A DNA stretch of 64,000 bases from Camelus ferus (GCF_009834535.1 NC_045697.1:15626001-15690000), one strand, 5' to 3'. Counted from the stretch's first letter, positions 50,270 to 64,000 are shown. The notes: generated by a model not told the origin, from the letters alone. Numbers and translations are program-made.

Positions 50270-50621
50270 CTGGAAAAAAAGGAAATCATTTCACTTTAAG
50301 AGATACTAACAATTTATATATCATTTTATACTTTTTCTTATATCCTAAAATGTCCTACCATTAAACACTGTTATAAAAAATTTATGTAAGTTGTTTGAAA
50401 TCTTATGAAGAGAAACAACCAGTAAATATTTTCTCCAGAGTTGAAGGAAATTGTTCTTAACTTTATTTAAAGCAGTAAACAAAATTATCTAAAGTTGCTG
50501 CCAGGTAAGGATTTTTCTATAAAGTATCATGTGAAACTCTAAAGTTACCTTCCTGAATTCGATCTTTAGTCATGCTCTGATTGCAACTAGAATTACCCTA
50601 CATGTGTTCACTGCATCATTT

Positions 50622-50690
50622 ATTTTTATTTTTTTAACTTTTTTTTATTGAGTAACAGTCATTTTACAATGTTGTGTCAAATTCCAGTGT
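50622..50690 (-). mobile_element. Extremely 5'-truncated young L1 (about 70 bp) with TSD
   Basis: ttattgagtaacagtcattttacaatgttgtgtcaaattccagtgt; TSD cactgcatcattt (50609-50621) / cactccatcactt (50691-50703). Confidence 0.75.
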
Positions 50691-53600
50691 CACTCCATCA
50701 CTTAAGAAAGCAAAAATTAAAAAACAAGGAAAAGGATGGTCTGAATGACCAGCAGCACCCAACAGTAACCCGATAAGATATGTAGGCAGTGAAATGAGTC
50801 CAGCATTTAAAATCAAAGACTTGGGATATAATTCAGCGTTGGCCTTGGGCAAATTACTTACCTTCTCTCATTTCCCCTTGTATCATGGCTTTAATCAATA
50901 TCTAAACCCATGCAGAGTTTTGTATGAGTTAAACCCTGAACACTACACTACCATTTGAGTAGTCTGTCACACCCACTGTGATATGATCAAATCATTTTTT
51001 GTGATTTTCTTCCATGCCTGACTATAAGCTCCAGGAGGAGAGGCACTTGTGTGTCTTATTTACTGGGGATACCTCTGGTAGCTAATAACAAGCTGGGGTA
51101 TACAGTAGGTTCTCAATCATTGTAGCTGATTATTCAGGATGTGGACTCCACCTTTATAGCTTCTCACACTAAAACAGGGCCAAGGGCTCCCGGAAGACGG
51201 CAGCATGATCCAAGCACCACTGTGTCTGCTGTAGGATCAACAGTGGATATAGATATCATTTGGACCTAGAATTCTCAAGGAAGAAGTCCTGAGACCTGCA
51301 AGGAGGCCTGCCTCTCCTCCAGAGCTGGAGCAAAATCCTTCAAAGTGCGGAAGAAAGCGACAGGCAGGTGGATGGACTCCCCGGTGCAGAGAGGCGGAGA
51401 ACTGATCTGGGAGAGGTCAGTCAGCTGTTCCTCTGACACCTGGAGCAACATATTCCTTGGTGGGAAGACTTACTACACAACTACCAATTCCTCACAAATT
51501 AATATATAATGAACTTCAGAAAGGACATCTCTGGATTCATTTTTATCTGTCTTGGGATTTTTTTTTTTTGATAGAGTGCAAAAAGGGTGCAAAAAATAAT
51601 TATGAACTTCATGAAAGAATTGCCTAGGAACTTAATAAACAAAAGGAACACTTTGCAAATTAAAACAACCGTGAAAGCAATGCCCTTTTCTTTTTTGGCC
51701 TATCAGAATGAAACCTGAATGTGGATTTTGAAAAGGGTACTGCTGATGGAGTGTAAACCATAGTAACACTGTAAGAAAGTAACCAAGACACAATTAAAAT
51801 GAACAACCGTACTTGTAAGAAGCTATCCTATGTGGAATTATATGATTACCGGGATTTGTTTAAAATAATGTAGGCAGGAAGACAAGAGATGTGGGGTATA
51901 ACTAAAACAAGACCAGCTATGACTGCTAAGTGTTGAAACTAAGTGATGGCTACATGGAGATTCCTTAAATACACGTATCTCTAACTTATTTTTTAGATGT
52001 TTGAAAGAGTCTGTAAATAATAAGTTGTAAATAAATATCTATCCTACATATTTAGGATTATATAAACAAAATAACTGCATCTTACAAGGACCATTCGATT
52101 CTAATTATTAGGTAACTTTATTTTCATTATTAGGCATTATTATTTTCTTCCCCTTGGAAATCACAGAAGAAATCACACTGGAGACAGCCGTGCCTTCCTC
52201 CCCGTAAGTCCCAACACAGGCCAACTTCTCTTCCAGCGCTGGAACACATTGCTACTTGTTTGGCTGAATACCAAACGAAGTAATTGGCTTCGGCTGATGG
52301 CCATAAAAACTTACACATATTTTAAAACATTAAAATCACATTCCAATTTTGAGATGCTTACACAGAAAAAGCACAGAGGAACTGAGCGTGACTACAGACA
52401 CAGCCAAGTCCCTGCTCTCATGTCCTGACACAGTTCACTGAATGCCGTGGCCGGTGAATCAGCCACCCACTCCCACTCATGGTGTTTCTTACTCTCTCAG
52501 TTTCTCTTCCTTTACTTACTTTTTGCTAAACAGACATATCTGTATTCCTGTGAGTTAAATGTGCGCTGTGAAGCATCTGTGTACACAAGGGGTGTTTTCC
52601 AGGGCAAATGTGTTAAAAGAGGGGAAATGAATCAAACTATCTCCTTCAAGAGAGTGAATAATTGACTCAATTATGACCTGTTCTAGACTTTGAATATTCT
52701 GTAGCTATTTACAAGCATGAACTAAATCGTTATGTATTCTCTTGAAAAGGTATTAATGGCATGTCGGTATTTTTTAAGTAAATTGTTGAGTAGAGCACAT
52801 TTTTAAGGCCCCGAGTGGATGCCTTTACATTTGTGGAGGTAATAGAACATCTGAGAATTTACACCAGGCAGAATTAGTACCTGCTGTCTCAGAAGGATGT
52901 GTCTGAAGTGATGAAAGGGAGATTTAGCTTTCCCTTCATCTCTCTATATGGTTTTATTACTTAATAGCACAAACAGTTTTTAATTGTAAAAAGGAGGTTC
53001 TTATAAACATCACTCAACTATTATTTCTGATAGAAAAATATTAAAGGTATTATTCCTAGGGGAAAAATATAGGGTTATAACTGATCAAAATTCATAAAGG
53101 AAAAAAAAGGGAAAGCTTTGGTTTCTTGACCTCCTGACAGTTTCTGGGTAAATTAACGTCCTAAGTGTAGGACAGAGACTTCACTGAAGCCCACGACTGG
53201 TCCTCATCTCTGCTCCACCAGTTACTTCTGGAGTTAGGGTGGTTTGGGGTGGGGGCCTCTGGAAGTACGGCTTCACTTTGCAGAACTTTCCCATCAATAA
53301 AGGCAGAGATCAATACACGGCGTTAATCAATTTTACCCACCACACACTGCCTCCTCTGACATATTTTTGATGTTATTTTTGAATTCTGACACTAAGCCTC
53401 CAAAGCCAAGACTTGTTTCAAGATGATGAGAAGTCTGGTTGCAAACGCCACAGGTTGTCTGCAAGGTGCAGGCCCAGGGTGGGGGCAGGGAGGTGGGGAG
53501 ACTCGATTCCAGCCTCCGTGGCTAAGAGACCAAGTCAGTCCAAGATCCCAAGTTCCAGGGTAACCCAGGGAGTTCAGCTAAAGAGCTGGCAGAGGAAGGA

Positions 53601-55404
53601 GCTATCCCCTCTAAACACACACTATTTTGGGTGGGAATTAGAATTGGGAGCTCTCTGAGTTCTAATCTAAGAAATGTACTGCATGTCCCACTACTAATCA
53701 GATTCTCTTTTCCACTCGTTAGATTGTGAAAATGCTCTTCTCTGTGTCTGAAATACAAATGGCTACCAGTCTTCAGAATCAGCATACAGCCTGGCTCAGG
53801 GAGCCCAGAAATCTGGGGACTGCAGAAGCCCACACAGAACACCTACCCAAAGTTTCCTGAGCCACAACTCCAGAACTATGTCAACCCAAATTATCAAAAG
53901 CAACTCAATTGCAGTGCATTCCTGAATGTTAAGAGGCTACCTTAACTGTCAACTTTTCTTAGATCAGTATTTAAAGAATACATATACGTCAGGTATAGTT
54001 CTGTATACGCCATAGACTGTTGCATTAAAAAAAGTCACAATCATCTATTATTACACGGGTTACGAAACCATCTCAAATCTCAAAGTAGGAAACCTGGTAG
54101 TGCTCTTTGTGTTTCAATGATTCACCTGGATATATATCCATTGTGTTCCATGACCTGTAAAGTCTCACAACAGGTATCAGAGAATTGGTAAAAACGTAGG
54201 AGGAGACAATTCAAGCTCTAAAACTTCCAAAAATGTTAGCTTTAGAGGCAGGAGGCAAAAAAAAAAAAAAAACAAAACCTAAGAAAATAGTAACTTGCCT
54301 TATTGTAAGCACTGGCCCACACAACTCTTTTCCTAAAGAACATCTGCTATTGGGTCAAAAATCCCTAGGCCAAAGCTATAAATCCACTGGAACTAAAGTC
54401 AGGAAAATGGTAGACTCCAGGCTCTATTTTTCTTTACTTGATTCATAGCTATCCAAAAATGTAACAATTTTTTTCCTTCACAAATGCCCCATTTTGCCAA
54501 TTCTTATGCATCCCTCAAAACCAAAAATACAGAAGTCTCAATAAAAGCACTGAAATAAAATTGTTTGCAATCCAGTTATAAAAAAGAAAAATGCAACTGA
54601 TTTTAATTAATTTCCAGTTATGAGTAAAGCTATATACCAAGTCAATCTTTTGTTTAAAAACATAAACGTGGCCATCTATCTTTCCCCCCAAGTTAAAGGG
54701 CACACTGAAAAATACAAGTGCGCTAAGAAGCAGGAGTACTTTGCCCTGTTCTGCCAGGTGATTTGGAGTCCCTCCCTTCCTGTACAGAGGAAATAATCTC
54801 ACAATTTAAGCCCCTGTAGCTTTTTCAAAGTTAACTTAAACGAAACAGAAGAAACATTCTAAAAAGCTACAAAGATAAAGAACCAGGCATAGATGATCTC
54901 TATACTAGACCTTCTGCCCCTAAATCCTGCATTTCAACCTGCATCCTATTTCCAAATTGCTCTCCTCTACGTCATCTTACTCATAAGACTACTGGCTTTC
55001 CCCTCGAAACTGGCCTCGCTCTTATGTCTACCTCCACGCATCATCTGCTCAATGTCTCTTCCTTTCTAATGACCTAAATCTTTGCAATCTTCTGGACCAT
55101 CAGCTCAAGTATCACCTCTTCCAAGATGTTTTCCCAAACTGGCAAAGCTTCTGATCATGTCTCTCAATATGGACATGTTCTCTAGGGCACTGCATGAGTA
55201 TGCATGTGTTCTGGGGTAGGGGATGTAATGCAATATTATGTTCTCATGACACTGTATCTCCATGCTTAAATTTCCAGCTCCTTATCCCCTACCACTTCTA
55301 TCATCTCTACAGTTGCTACTTAAATACTGAACACATAGGTGTTCATAAGTACTTGGATACTCGTCCAAATGCTTCTTTATAATATGAAAGAAAGAGGTAC
55401 TTAC

Positions 55405-55476
55405 AGCCTAACCAGATTGGTGAGTCCTCGGAATATGTCTGCATTCAGACACCCTATTCGATTGTTTGTCAGATCC
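55405..55476 (-). CDS. ADGRA3: ADGRA3 exon 4 (72 nt, LRR)
   Basis: tag|...|gtaagt; encodes DLTNNRIGCLNADIFRGLTNLVR(L). Confidence 0.95.
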
Positions 55477-57770
55477 CTAAGGAGAAAGGGAAAAGTATCT
55501 TCAATTAGTGCTCTTCATTGACGAAGGTTTCATATGTTCAACATTCAAGAATGGCACCCAGGTATCATACAAGACCCTTTTTTTTAAGCATCTCTGAAAT
55601 ATTCACCTACTTCAAGTGCATCACTGAGAAAAGAAATAATCCTTGCTTTCACTTGCCTCTGGCTCATACAGACTAAATGCAGTTTAATTACAGGGCCCCC
55701 TATATTTCAAGCATTTACTCCTGTAAAGTGACTCAACATAAAACCAGGGTAGTAAAAACAAGACTCTATCTATCTTACTGTCTGTGATAAAATTCCTTAG
55801 ATGGTCTACACAGTTAGTCACGCTGGGGAAGTTAGCAAACAGATCCTGATCTCAGCCAACATCCCACAGACAATGGGTAAAAGGGCAAGTTATCAAAATG
55901 CTGCAACTTTTATTTCCTCAAGAACATCTGAAATTTAATGCTTCCTAACTTCACTCCTAAATACTCAGAAGTTTTGACTGTAATGAAAAAACAACTGAGT
56001 TAGCTTTTACTTTACAGATCTGTCATCTAGTCTCCAAGCCAAATTACTTTATAACAATATCTAGGTAATGGCCCATTTTCCCCAATCACTCCTAACTTCT
56101 TATAATTCCTAAGAAATTTTTTCTTCTCCTCAATTCATGCAACTTTTCCCCTTTTATCTATGTGATAAGTTTAGTAGGTGTTTTGTTCTACCTTTCTACA
56201 CTATTTTTCACTGGCACAGTGGGGGCGGGCTTCACTTCAGAAACAGGGGCTGGTGGCTTGCTCCTCCCTGGGCACCAAGGCTGAAGGTCTGTGTCTGAAC
56301 ACACACATGCCAACACACACACTATTTTTCTTCACACCAAGCACAGTGTTACATTTCCATCATGAGGACCACATTTTAATTGGGAGATAATTGACAATTT
56401 CTGTAACCTTCAAGTGAGAGAGCACGGCTTCCATCATTTTTCAAGAGTGGATTTGGTAAACTATACGGAAGAAAGCCCTAAAACAATGAATCTTAATTTT
56501 TCTCAGTTGTTAGATTTGTAATTATTGATCACTTTGAATTTCAACACAAGAATCAGAACAAGCTTTCTAAACCAAACTTTAATATTTTTATCACATATTC
56601 TTTAACTTCCAAATTATTTTCTGTACTAGAGAAGCACATTTTTTTTTTTTGGACTTCAAAAAAAAACTTTATTCCAAACAGAAGTACCAAAAGCAGCATG
56701 TTAATTCTGAAACATTGAACAGATATCATTTAAACTCATACAGTTATAATAAACTCAAAACATCAAACAAAAACAGCTTTGTGGAGAAGCACATATTCTT
56801 GAATTTCACTCCGAGTCACTCTTTAGAGAACAGATTTGTACCATTCATTTCTAAAAAGACTGTCGGATTCTAAATTGTACATTTGGTAATGGTAAAAAAA
56901 AAAAAAAATTAGTCTGATAGAAATTACCAAGAGTCCACATTTGAATCCGGCACCTACTCATCAAGTATTTCCTTGAGCTATTTCAAAAGCTAGTTTAGGT
57001 AATCCTGGTGTGCAAAAATTTCACAGCTTTGCCTTCCCTTTCTTACAGCAACTTTAGATTAAAAAAAAAAATCTTAAGCTATACAAGTCTTTATCTGCAC
57101 TCTCTGTGCTCCAGCACCAGCTCCTCAGAATATTAAAGCTAAGTATTTAATCATGCAGGACTTTTTTTTTCTATTCCAGCTGATTTTCCTTCTATTTCTG
57201 GGTTTTACTGTTTAAGAAAATTAGGCATCATCTTGTGAAGTGCTGCTTAAACAAGCATTTCTGGTCTCTATTCATTATCTTGTCTCAGTTCTGAGCTTTA
57301 AATGATGTAATTATCATTGGTTCTTTGGGAAACAATTTCATTACAGCTATACCTATTTAAAATGGTATTTAGGTATTGATAATGGGTTTTCATTTGAATT
57401 GAGAATCAGCTTGAATTTGTTGATAAAGCAAAAGAGAAACTAAATGGGTCTAGGTTTTACCTACTTCTGGTACTTTATTCTTCAGAAAGCCACTTAATCT
57501 TCCTGATTCAAATTATCTATAAAATAAAGGCAAAGGCATGGTATGCTCACAAAAACACTTTACGTGTGGCTGTTGAGTGAGACGAACAATTGAAATGAAT
57601 GATTTAAAGCCTCGTAAGAAAAAGTGCCTGTATCCAGAAACAATTAGCAAACATTACTCCCACAAAGTATCTTTATATCTCACTGAGTTTACATATAGGA
57701 CCCTCTCAGATTGCAAGCATACCGTAAGTTCAATTACAAGTTAGCCATTTGGAATTAAGAATGAATTTTC

Positions 57771-58082
57771 GGGGGGTGGGGGTAGGGACAGACTGGGATT
57801 TCAAAATTTGTAGATACTGATAGGCATATGCAGAATAGATAAACAAGATTATACTGTATAGCACAGGGAAATATGTACAAGATCTTGTGGTAGCTCACTG
57901 TGAAAAAAAAAATGTGACAATGAATGTATGTATGTTCATGTATAACTGAAAAATTGTGCTCTACACTGGAATTTGACACAACACTGTAAAATGACTATAA
58001 TTCAATAAAAAATGTTAAAAATAAAAATAAAAAAATTAAAAATAATTTTTAAAAAATCTGTGTAAACCAAAAAAGAAAAAAA
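57771..58082 (+). mobile_element. Young L1 3' end with TSD
   Basis: tactgtatagcacagggaaata...ctggaatttgacacaacactgtaaaatgactat..caataaa; exact TSD aatgaattttc at 57760-57770 and 58083-58093. Confidence 0.85.
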
Positions 58083-59072
58083 AATGAATTTTCTAGTGGG
58101 AAGAACATTATAAATGACAATTACCTTCCTTGGCAAGAACACAGGAGACTAATGCAATGAAAAAAATGCTAAGGCAACATCTGGGACCATAGCAGTAATT
58201 ACATTAAGTGCTACTGAACAAAATATTTATTGATTTATTTACTTTGGATAGCAGTACTCAAAAAATTATTTACTGAATGATGAAGAACTAGATGGAGAAC
58301 CTAAGACAGTCTGCAGTGTCCCTGAGACATCCTGAATTTTTGTGTAGCTGAAATGATGCTGATCTCTGTCTTCTCAGTTCGATTATGTTGCTACTACCTT
58401 TAATGAATCCTAAACCCAGCTTGATCCACTGCAACTCTGATGCCACAAGTATGATCACATCAACTCTACACTGAAGAAGTTCTGCCAGTCCCCTCCTTGA
58501 CTAAAGAACAGATTCGGAATTCTTCAACGTGGCAGGAAGTGATCAAAAGCCTAGTTCTTCCCTGACCAGCCTTATCTCCCAACATTCTTCTCCCACTTTC
58601 TACTTGACGCTCTGGCCAAAGACCTAAACTACTGTCCCACGAGACCTGTTCTTTCATACCTACTCCACTCTGCTTAGAACGCTCTGTTATTCTTCAGTAT
58701 GTATTCACCTCTCAGGAGCAAGGTCCAATCTAAAGACTGGTTGCTCTCATGGCAAGCCATCCCCTCTCAGGTGGTCCTTCCTCTCCTGGTGGATTCCTAT
58801 CATTATTATTGGGTGCATTTTCACTATCTATTTGCCCCCAAGAGTCTGAGCTCTTCCAGAGAAGCCAGAGTATAGTAAGCAGCCAGCACTTAATAAATAC
58901 ATTTAGAAGGAGTAAAAGGTGGTGTCACAGTCCACATGGCCTGAGCATACGGTTCCCTCTCAGACAGGAGCAGTCCCTCACGGCACCCATGACAAGAGCA
59001 CAGTAAGGGGAGCAGGGCTGTTTAGCTTCAGAGGTCATAAAAACTGGGCTTTTAAGTTCTGAAATAATAGAT

Positions 59073-59815
59073 AGACATGCACCCCAATGTTCATAGCAGC
59101 GTTATATACAATAGCCAAGACACGGAAACAACCTAAATGTCCATCGACAGCTGACTGGATAAAGAAGTTGTGATATATTTATACAATGGAATACTACTTA
59201 GCCATAAAAAGAATAAAATAATGTCATTTGCTGCAACATGGATGGACTTGAAAAATGTCATTCTAAGTGAAGTAAGCCAAAAAGAGAGAAAAATACCACA
59301 TGATATCACTTACATGCGGAATGGAAAGAAAGAAAAGAAAGGAAAGAAAGAAAGAAAGGAAAGGAAGGAAGGAAGGAAGGAAGAAAGAAAAAGAAAGAAA
59401 AAGAAAGAAAGAAAGAAAAAGAAAGAAAGAAGGAAAGAAAGAAAGAAAGGAAGAAAGAAAGGAAGAAAGAAAGAAAGAAATCAAACTTACTTATAAAACA
59501 GAAACAGACTCACAGACATAGAAAACAAACTTATAGTTACCAGAGGAGGGGAAGATGTGGGAAGGGATAAATTGGGAACTCAAGATTTGCAGATACTAAT
59601 ACATACATAATACATAAACAACAAGTTTATTCTATATAGCACAGGGAACTGTATAAAATATTGTAGCAACCTATAATGAAGAATATGAAAAGGAATATAT
59701 ATATGTACATGTATGACTGAAACATTAATGTTGTACACCAGAAAGTGACACAACATTGTCAACTGACTATACTTCAATTAAAAAAAAAAAAGAAAAAATG
59801 AAAAATGAAAAAAAA
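59073..59815 (+). mobile_element. Young L1 ORF2 end and 3' UTR
   Basis: catgcaccccaatgttcatagcagc...gcaacatggatggact...gaaacagactcacagacatagaaaacaaacttat..ttacca, then an A tail. Confidence 0.9.
59324..59480 (+). repeat. (GAAA/GGAA)n purine microsatellite inside the L1
   Basis: Directly visible. Confidence 0.95.
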
Positions 59816-60215
59816 ATTGTTTAAATACACAGATAAGACAGGAAAATGGCAAGATTTTAAATCATTCATAGAAAGGGGCCTCAATTTTTAGGGTATTTAT
59901 AATACATAGTGTGAACGTATTCATAACTTGGAAATCATCTATAGATTATGACAGCTGGCAAAGCCAACAGTACTGATGTTATTAACATAAGAGGGTTGCA
60001 ACCATCTACTACTAAGCAAATCAAATTACTCTACAATAAACTGCCTTCTAAGCCATTTACATTAAATATTCTATTTTTCTACCATGGACCTGGCTAGATA
60101 AACTTCTGATAGTTATTAGAAAGCCAATTTTTTATCAGTGTTAAATTTTAAAGTAGGTTAACAGTTGCTCATAAGGAATAGTGCAAACTCATAAGCCAGG
60201 AATTCAAATACTTAC

Positions 60216-60287
60216 AATCTTTTTAGTGATGACAGTCCCCAAAAGGCACCTGGATCTATACTACTAATAAGATTGTTTCGGAGGTCC
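60216..60287 (-). CDS. ADGRA3: ADGRA3 exon 3 (72 nt, one leucine-rich repeat)
   Basis: cag|...|gtaagt; encodes DLRNNLISSIDPGAFWGLSSLKR(L); phase 2-2. Confidence 0.95.
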
Positions 60288-60504
60288 CTGTTAAAAATTA
60301 AATAAAAGTTATCTGCATGTCAACACTGTAAGAAATATTTAGGTATACTACACTTACCTGCTATATAGAAAACAACACAGTAATAATGGGAGACTGGAGC
60401 CAAAAGGTTAAGCCAAAATCACCCCAGCAGTTAAGTGGCAGAGCAAGAATTCAAAATCAAGAAATCTGGTTCCAAAGTCACTTGTTTTGGTCAATATAAG
60501 AATA

Positions 60505-60700
60505 CAGGTATGAAACAACAAGGTCCTACTGTACAGCACAGGGAACTATATTCAGTACCTTCTAATTGCCTTCTTTAATAGCCATTCTTTAATGAAAAAG
60601 AATATAAAAATTAATATATATGCGTACAACTGAATCACCATGCTGTACACCAGAAATTAACACACTGTAAACTGACTATACTTCAATTAAAAAAAGTAAA
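60505..60700 (+). mobile_element. Young L1 3' end
   Basis: aaacaacaaggtcctactgtacagcacagggaactatattcagtacct...ctgactatacttcaattaaaaaaa. Confidence 0.85.
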
Positions 60701-61139
60701 ATAAAGATATGTCAAAAAAGATATGTATCCTAGTATTATTCCAATTCAAAGTTATGACTAAGCTACAATCTTATAGATTATTTCTACAATCTCTTCCTTA
60801 GTTTGCTACACTTTTACTTATCAAAAAAAATCACACAGTGTAACTGACTATAGATACATTATAACTGACTATACATCGATAAAAAATAATAAAACATCAA
60901 TGACCAACTGGAAAAAAAATCAGACTATTTGTGACAGGCATAATGAAATTGAATTTTTTAAACCATTTTCAAAAATACACACTCAAAAATTCATGGCACT
61001 TGGTTGTTCTTATTTTTTCCTCCCTGAGCTTCTACAGCTAGGTTTTCTATATAACAACAACATGATAATTCACTTTATAGCTCAAAGCAAAGATCCACCA
61101 GCCCCCTATGCAATGGCATCTGATAGTGGTCACAACTGA

Positions 61140-61947
61140 CAGCAGCCCCCTTTATCCACCAGGGATATATTCCAAGATCCCCAGTGGATGCCTGAAATGG
61201 AAAATAGTACCAAACCCTATACGTACTGTTTTTTTTCCCATACATATGTACCTATGATAAAGTGTAATCTATAAATGAGGCACAGTAAGAGACCATCAAC
61301 AGTAACTAATTAAACAGAACAATTGTAACAATATACTGTAATAAAAGTTATATAAAATTGGTCTCTCTCAAAATATCTTATTGTACAAATGTAATGCCTT
61401 TTCCATCTTAACTAAGCACTTATCACCCACCGTGGCCATAACTTTTGCAGTCCGAGGTACGACAGCAAAACTAGCACGGATTTTTTCATTTTTCGCAATT
61501 TCACGGAGAGAAGATTCATTCATACCATGGGTCTTAGCAACCTCAGCACACAATTTTCTTTCTATCCTTATTAAGAACTTTCACCTTTTTATTAAAGGAG
61601 GCACCTCACACAGCTTCTCTTTAGCATATCTGAATTGCCGGCATCTTGTCTGGTGCTTTGGGGCCATAATGAAGTAAAATGAGGGTGACTTGAACACAAG
61701 CACTTCACTCCCTGGACAGTCGATCTGATAACTGGCTTGGCTACTAAGTGACTAACAGGCAGAATACGCTGGACAAAGGGCTGACTCATGTCCTGGCTGG
61801 GCTGACGTCAGATTCCCTCACACTATTCAGAATGGTGTGTAATTTTAAATGTATCAATTTTTCACTTCTGGAATATTCCATTTAATATTTTCCGACTGCC
61901 GCTGACCATGGGTAAATGAAACCGTGGACAGGGTGGCAGGATGACTG
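61140..61947 (-). mobile_element. MER44/Tigger7-type DNA transposon retaining the 5' part of a pogo transposase
   Basis: Degenerate TIRs (cagcagccccctttatcc ... gga.ag..gg.agga.gactg); ORF 61368-61553 AEVAKTHGMNESSLREIAKNEKIRASF...DKCLVKMEKALHLY resembles the CENP-B/pogo HTH. Confidence 0.85.
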
Positions 61948-63459
61948 TGTTCTCATTCTTCCCGTGTGCAGCCCTTCCATGTTAGCACACCACCACTGGG
62001 GGCAGCAGTGAGCACCACAGTCAGGTCCCTCCATCAGCGGGGATTGGGGCCACCTGCGAAGAGGCTGCTGTCCTCTGGGCACCTGGGCTCAGCTGAGGAC
62101 TCTCAAGTTGCCCCATGCCAAGTGTCCAGCTGACCTCTGTAGAGAGCTGACCATCAGCCACAAGAGCGCTTAGAAGCACAACAGGGGCTCACTTTCCACA
62201 TTCCTGGCCCACACTTCAGCTCTGCTAGACACCCAGGGTGGGCCCGTGTGTCAGGACTCACTCACAACATCGCCCACTGAAGGCCTGAGTGGGCTCTGGT
62301 CATTTCTCAGAGAGCCTCAGGTCAGACTCTGAACAGAAACTGCTTCCAGCTTCCCTTCTCCTGGGAGTCCTTCCTGAACAGGGGAAACATTGCCCCTTCC
62401 ACGTGTGAGCTTGTGGAGCCAATCCTCTTAATTATCCATCATTATTCTCATAATTATTCGGCTTAGGGATACACCAAGTTGGTAAAACAACAGAGAAACG
62501 CAGAGCAGCGCAATACAAGCCCGAGGTAGCAGGTACCTCACAGGGTCCTTTCGTAGCTCACTTACTTTAGCTGAGAATTACAAGGCCCTCCTGAAAGTAG
62601 ATCCTGGACCAGTGGGGCGCCTGTTACCACAACATGAGGGGACACGTCTCTGGGGTCTTTTATAACTGCTGCCCCATCACGGGCATTCTAGTCCGTGAGA
62701 AGCAACCTGAATTACTGAAGAGAAAAATCCTCAGTTCACTTTCTCAAGCATCCAACTTGCCTACTTGTGCTTAAGAAAAGGACCCAGAGGAAGCCTTACT
62801 GCCGTGAGCACAGGTCCACACGCGTTTCCTCCCATCGAGTTGGGGAGGCGGGTTCAATTCTACTGACCACCGGCTAATGAAAACGAGCTGCTTGCTGTTC
62901 GGCCTGCTCTGCCACATGCTATTTTTTCTCACAGCTCAGTTTGTCAAAATAGACAAGCTGCAACGTTGGGGTTGGTTTCTGGACAGTTTCCTGGCAATTT
63001 CACAAGAACATCCTGATGAAACTGGCCCTCTGCTCATCACAGTGCCCGTCAGTCACTGCCTGGAAACCCAGCCCTCCTGATGTCCCACTGACACGGGCTT
63101 CCCACACCATCCACGCCGCTTCACACAGGCCGACAGAGGCTGATCAGAAATTCTCGTCTCTGGAGGTGCAGCCACTGAATCCTGTGCACGTAAACGTCAC
63201 ACCTGCCAGCAAATCCTGTTCTGCCTTCTTCATGTCTCGCTCTCGTCCTAATATGTCAGGCATTCTTCCATTAACTAGTGGTGGAATTCCACTCCCCACT
63301 CCCCAAATAGTCAGGTTCTTCTACATAAAACTGAACCCCCTGGTACCTTGCAATTCTTTAAACAAAGGAAATGATCATTAAACACGGTATAAAGTCTATG
63401 CTCCGATTATCATGACTAAATAGGTATTTCATTGATCAGAACTCAGATTTTATATTCCA

Positions 63460-63761
63460 CACAGAAGATGTGTGTGGGGCCTTTGGGAAGTGATCAGGTC
63501 ATGAGAGCAGAGACTTAATGGATGAGGTTAATGCCCCTGTAAAAGAGACCCCAGAGAGCCCCGCCTCCCCACCCCTTCCACCATGTAAATGAGGTTGCAG
63601 CAAAAACACTGCCAACTAGGTGGGCCCTCACCAGACACCAAATCTGCCAGAGCCTTGACTTAGCACTTCCCAGCCTCCAGAACTGTGAGAAATAAATGTC
63701 CCTTGTTTATAAGCCACTCAGCTTATAGTATCTTGTTATAGCAGCCAGAATGGGCTTGACA
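63460..63761 (+). mobile_element. MLT1A0-like MaLR LTR
   Basis: ggggcctttgggaagtgatcaggtcatgag...aaagagaccccagagag...ccagacaccaaatctgcc...cagcctccagaactgtgagaaataaa...gttatagcagcc. Confidence 0.85.
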
Positions 63762-64000
63762 GATGATAAATGCATGAAAAAGTCAACCGTGGCTGAGAGG
63801 CAGAATTACGTTACCTGACCTTTACTATAAAAATCTTTTTAGTAAATTATAGTTAACAAAATCATTAGGATATTCATAGCCAGACAGTGTAGAGACTGCT
63901 GCATCTCATTCATAACCACTTACATTTCTCAGTAAAGATAGAGGGTCATGATGTCTGCAACTGACCTTCAAATGATGTAGCAAACATGTGTATGTGTAAG

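Larger units (their letters stand above)
745..60287 (-). other. ADGRA3: ADGRA3/GPR125 gene body, exons 3-17; the gene continues beyond both ends of the window
   Basis: 15 exons with GT-AG boundaries splice into one uninterrupted frame of 2298 nt encoding LRR-LRRCT-Ig-HormR-GAIN/GPS-TM1-3; the peptides are recognisable as GPR125. Confidence 0.97.

Noticed and set aside
59170..59521. K/E/R-rich and F/L/S-rich ORFs
   Set aside because: Translation artefacts of the (GAAA)n microsatellite and L1 ORF2 tail
1..64000. CRISPR arrays, rRNA, operons or other prokaryotic systems
   Set aside because: The sequence is mammalian intron/exon DNA; no regularly spaced repeat-spacer structure seen

Overview
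Mammalian genomic DNA, most likely camelid, inferred from a Vic-1-type tRNA-derived SINE and cetartiodactyl-type young L1 3' ends. The whole window lies inside the adhesion GPCR gene ADGRA3 (GPR125), transcribed on the minus strand. Fifteen coding exons were traced by hand (exons 3-17 by human numbering recalled from memory; 2298 nt, about 766 codons). All have GT-AG boundaries and splice into one continuous open frame: LRRs, LRRCT, Ig, HormR, GAIN/GPS, then TM1-TM3. Introns hold ordinary repeats (L1, L2, MIR, MLT1A, MER68, an ERV1 solo LTR, Tigger/MER2/MER44, MER5A, MER58). The standout is about 1.4 kb in intron 12 (about 25219-26587, minus strand) that matches no repeat I recognise. It translates, across a few stops and frameshifts, into a protein that lines up by eye, motif for motif, with bornavirus nucleoprotein: a candidate endogenous bornavirus-like N element (EBLN) in sense orientation to ADGRA3. 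All homology calls are by eye against remembered sequences, not database searches.
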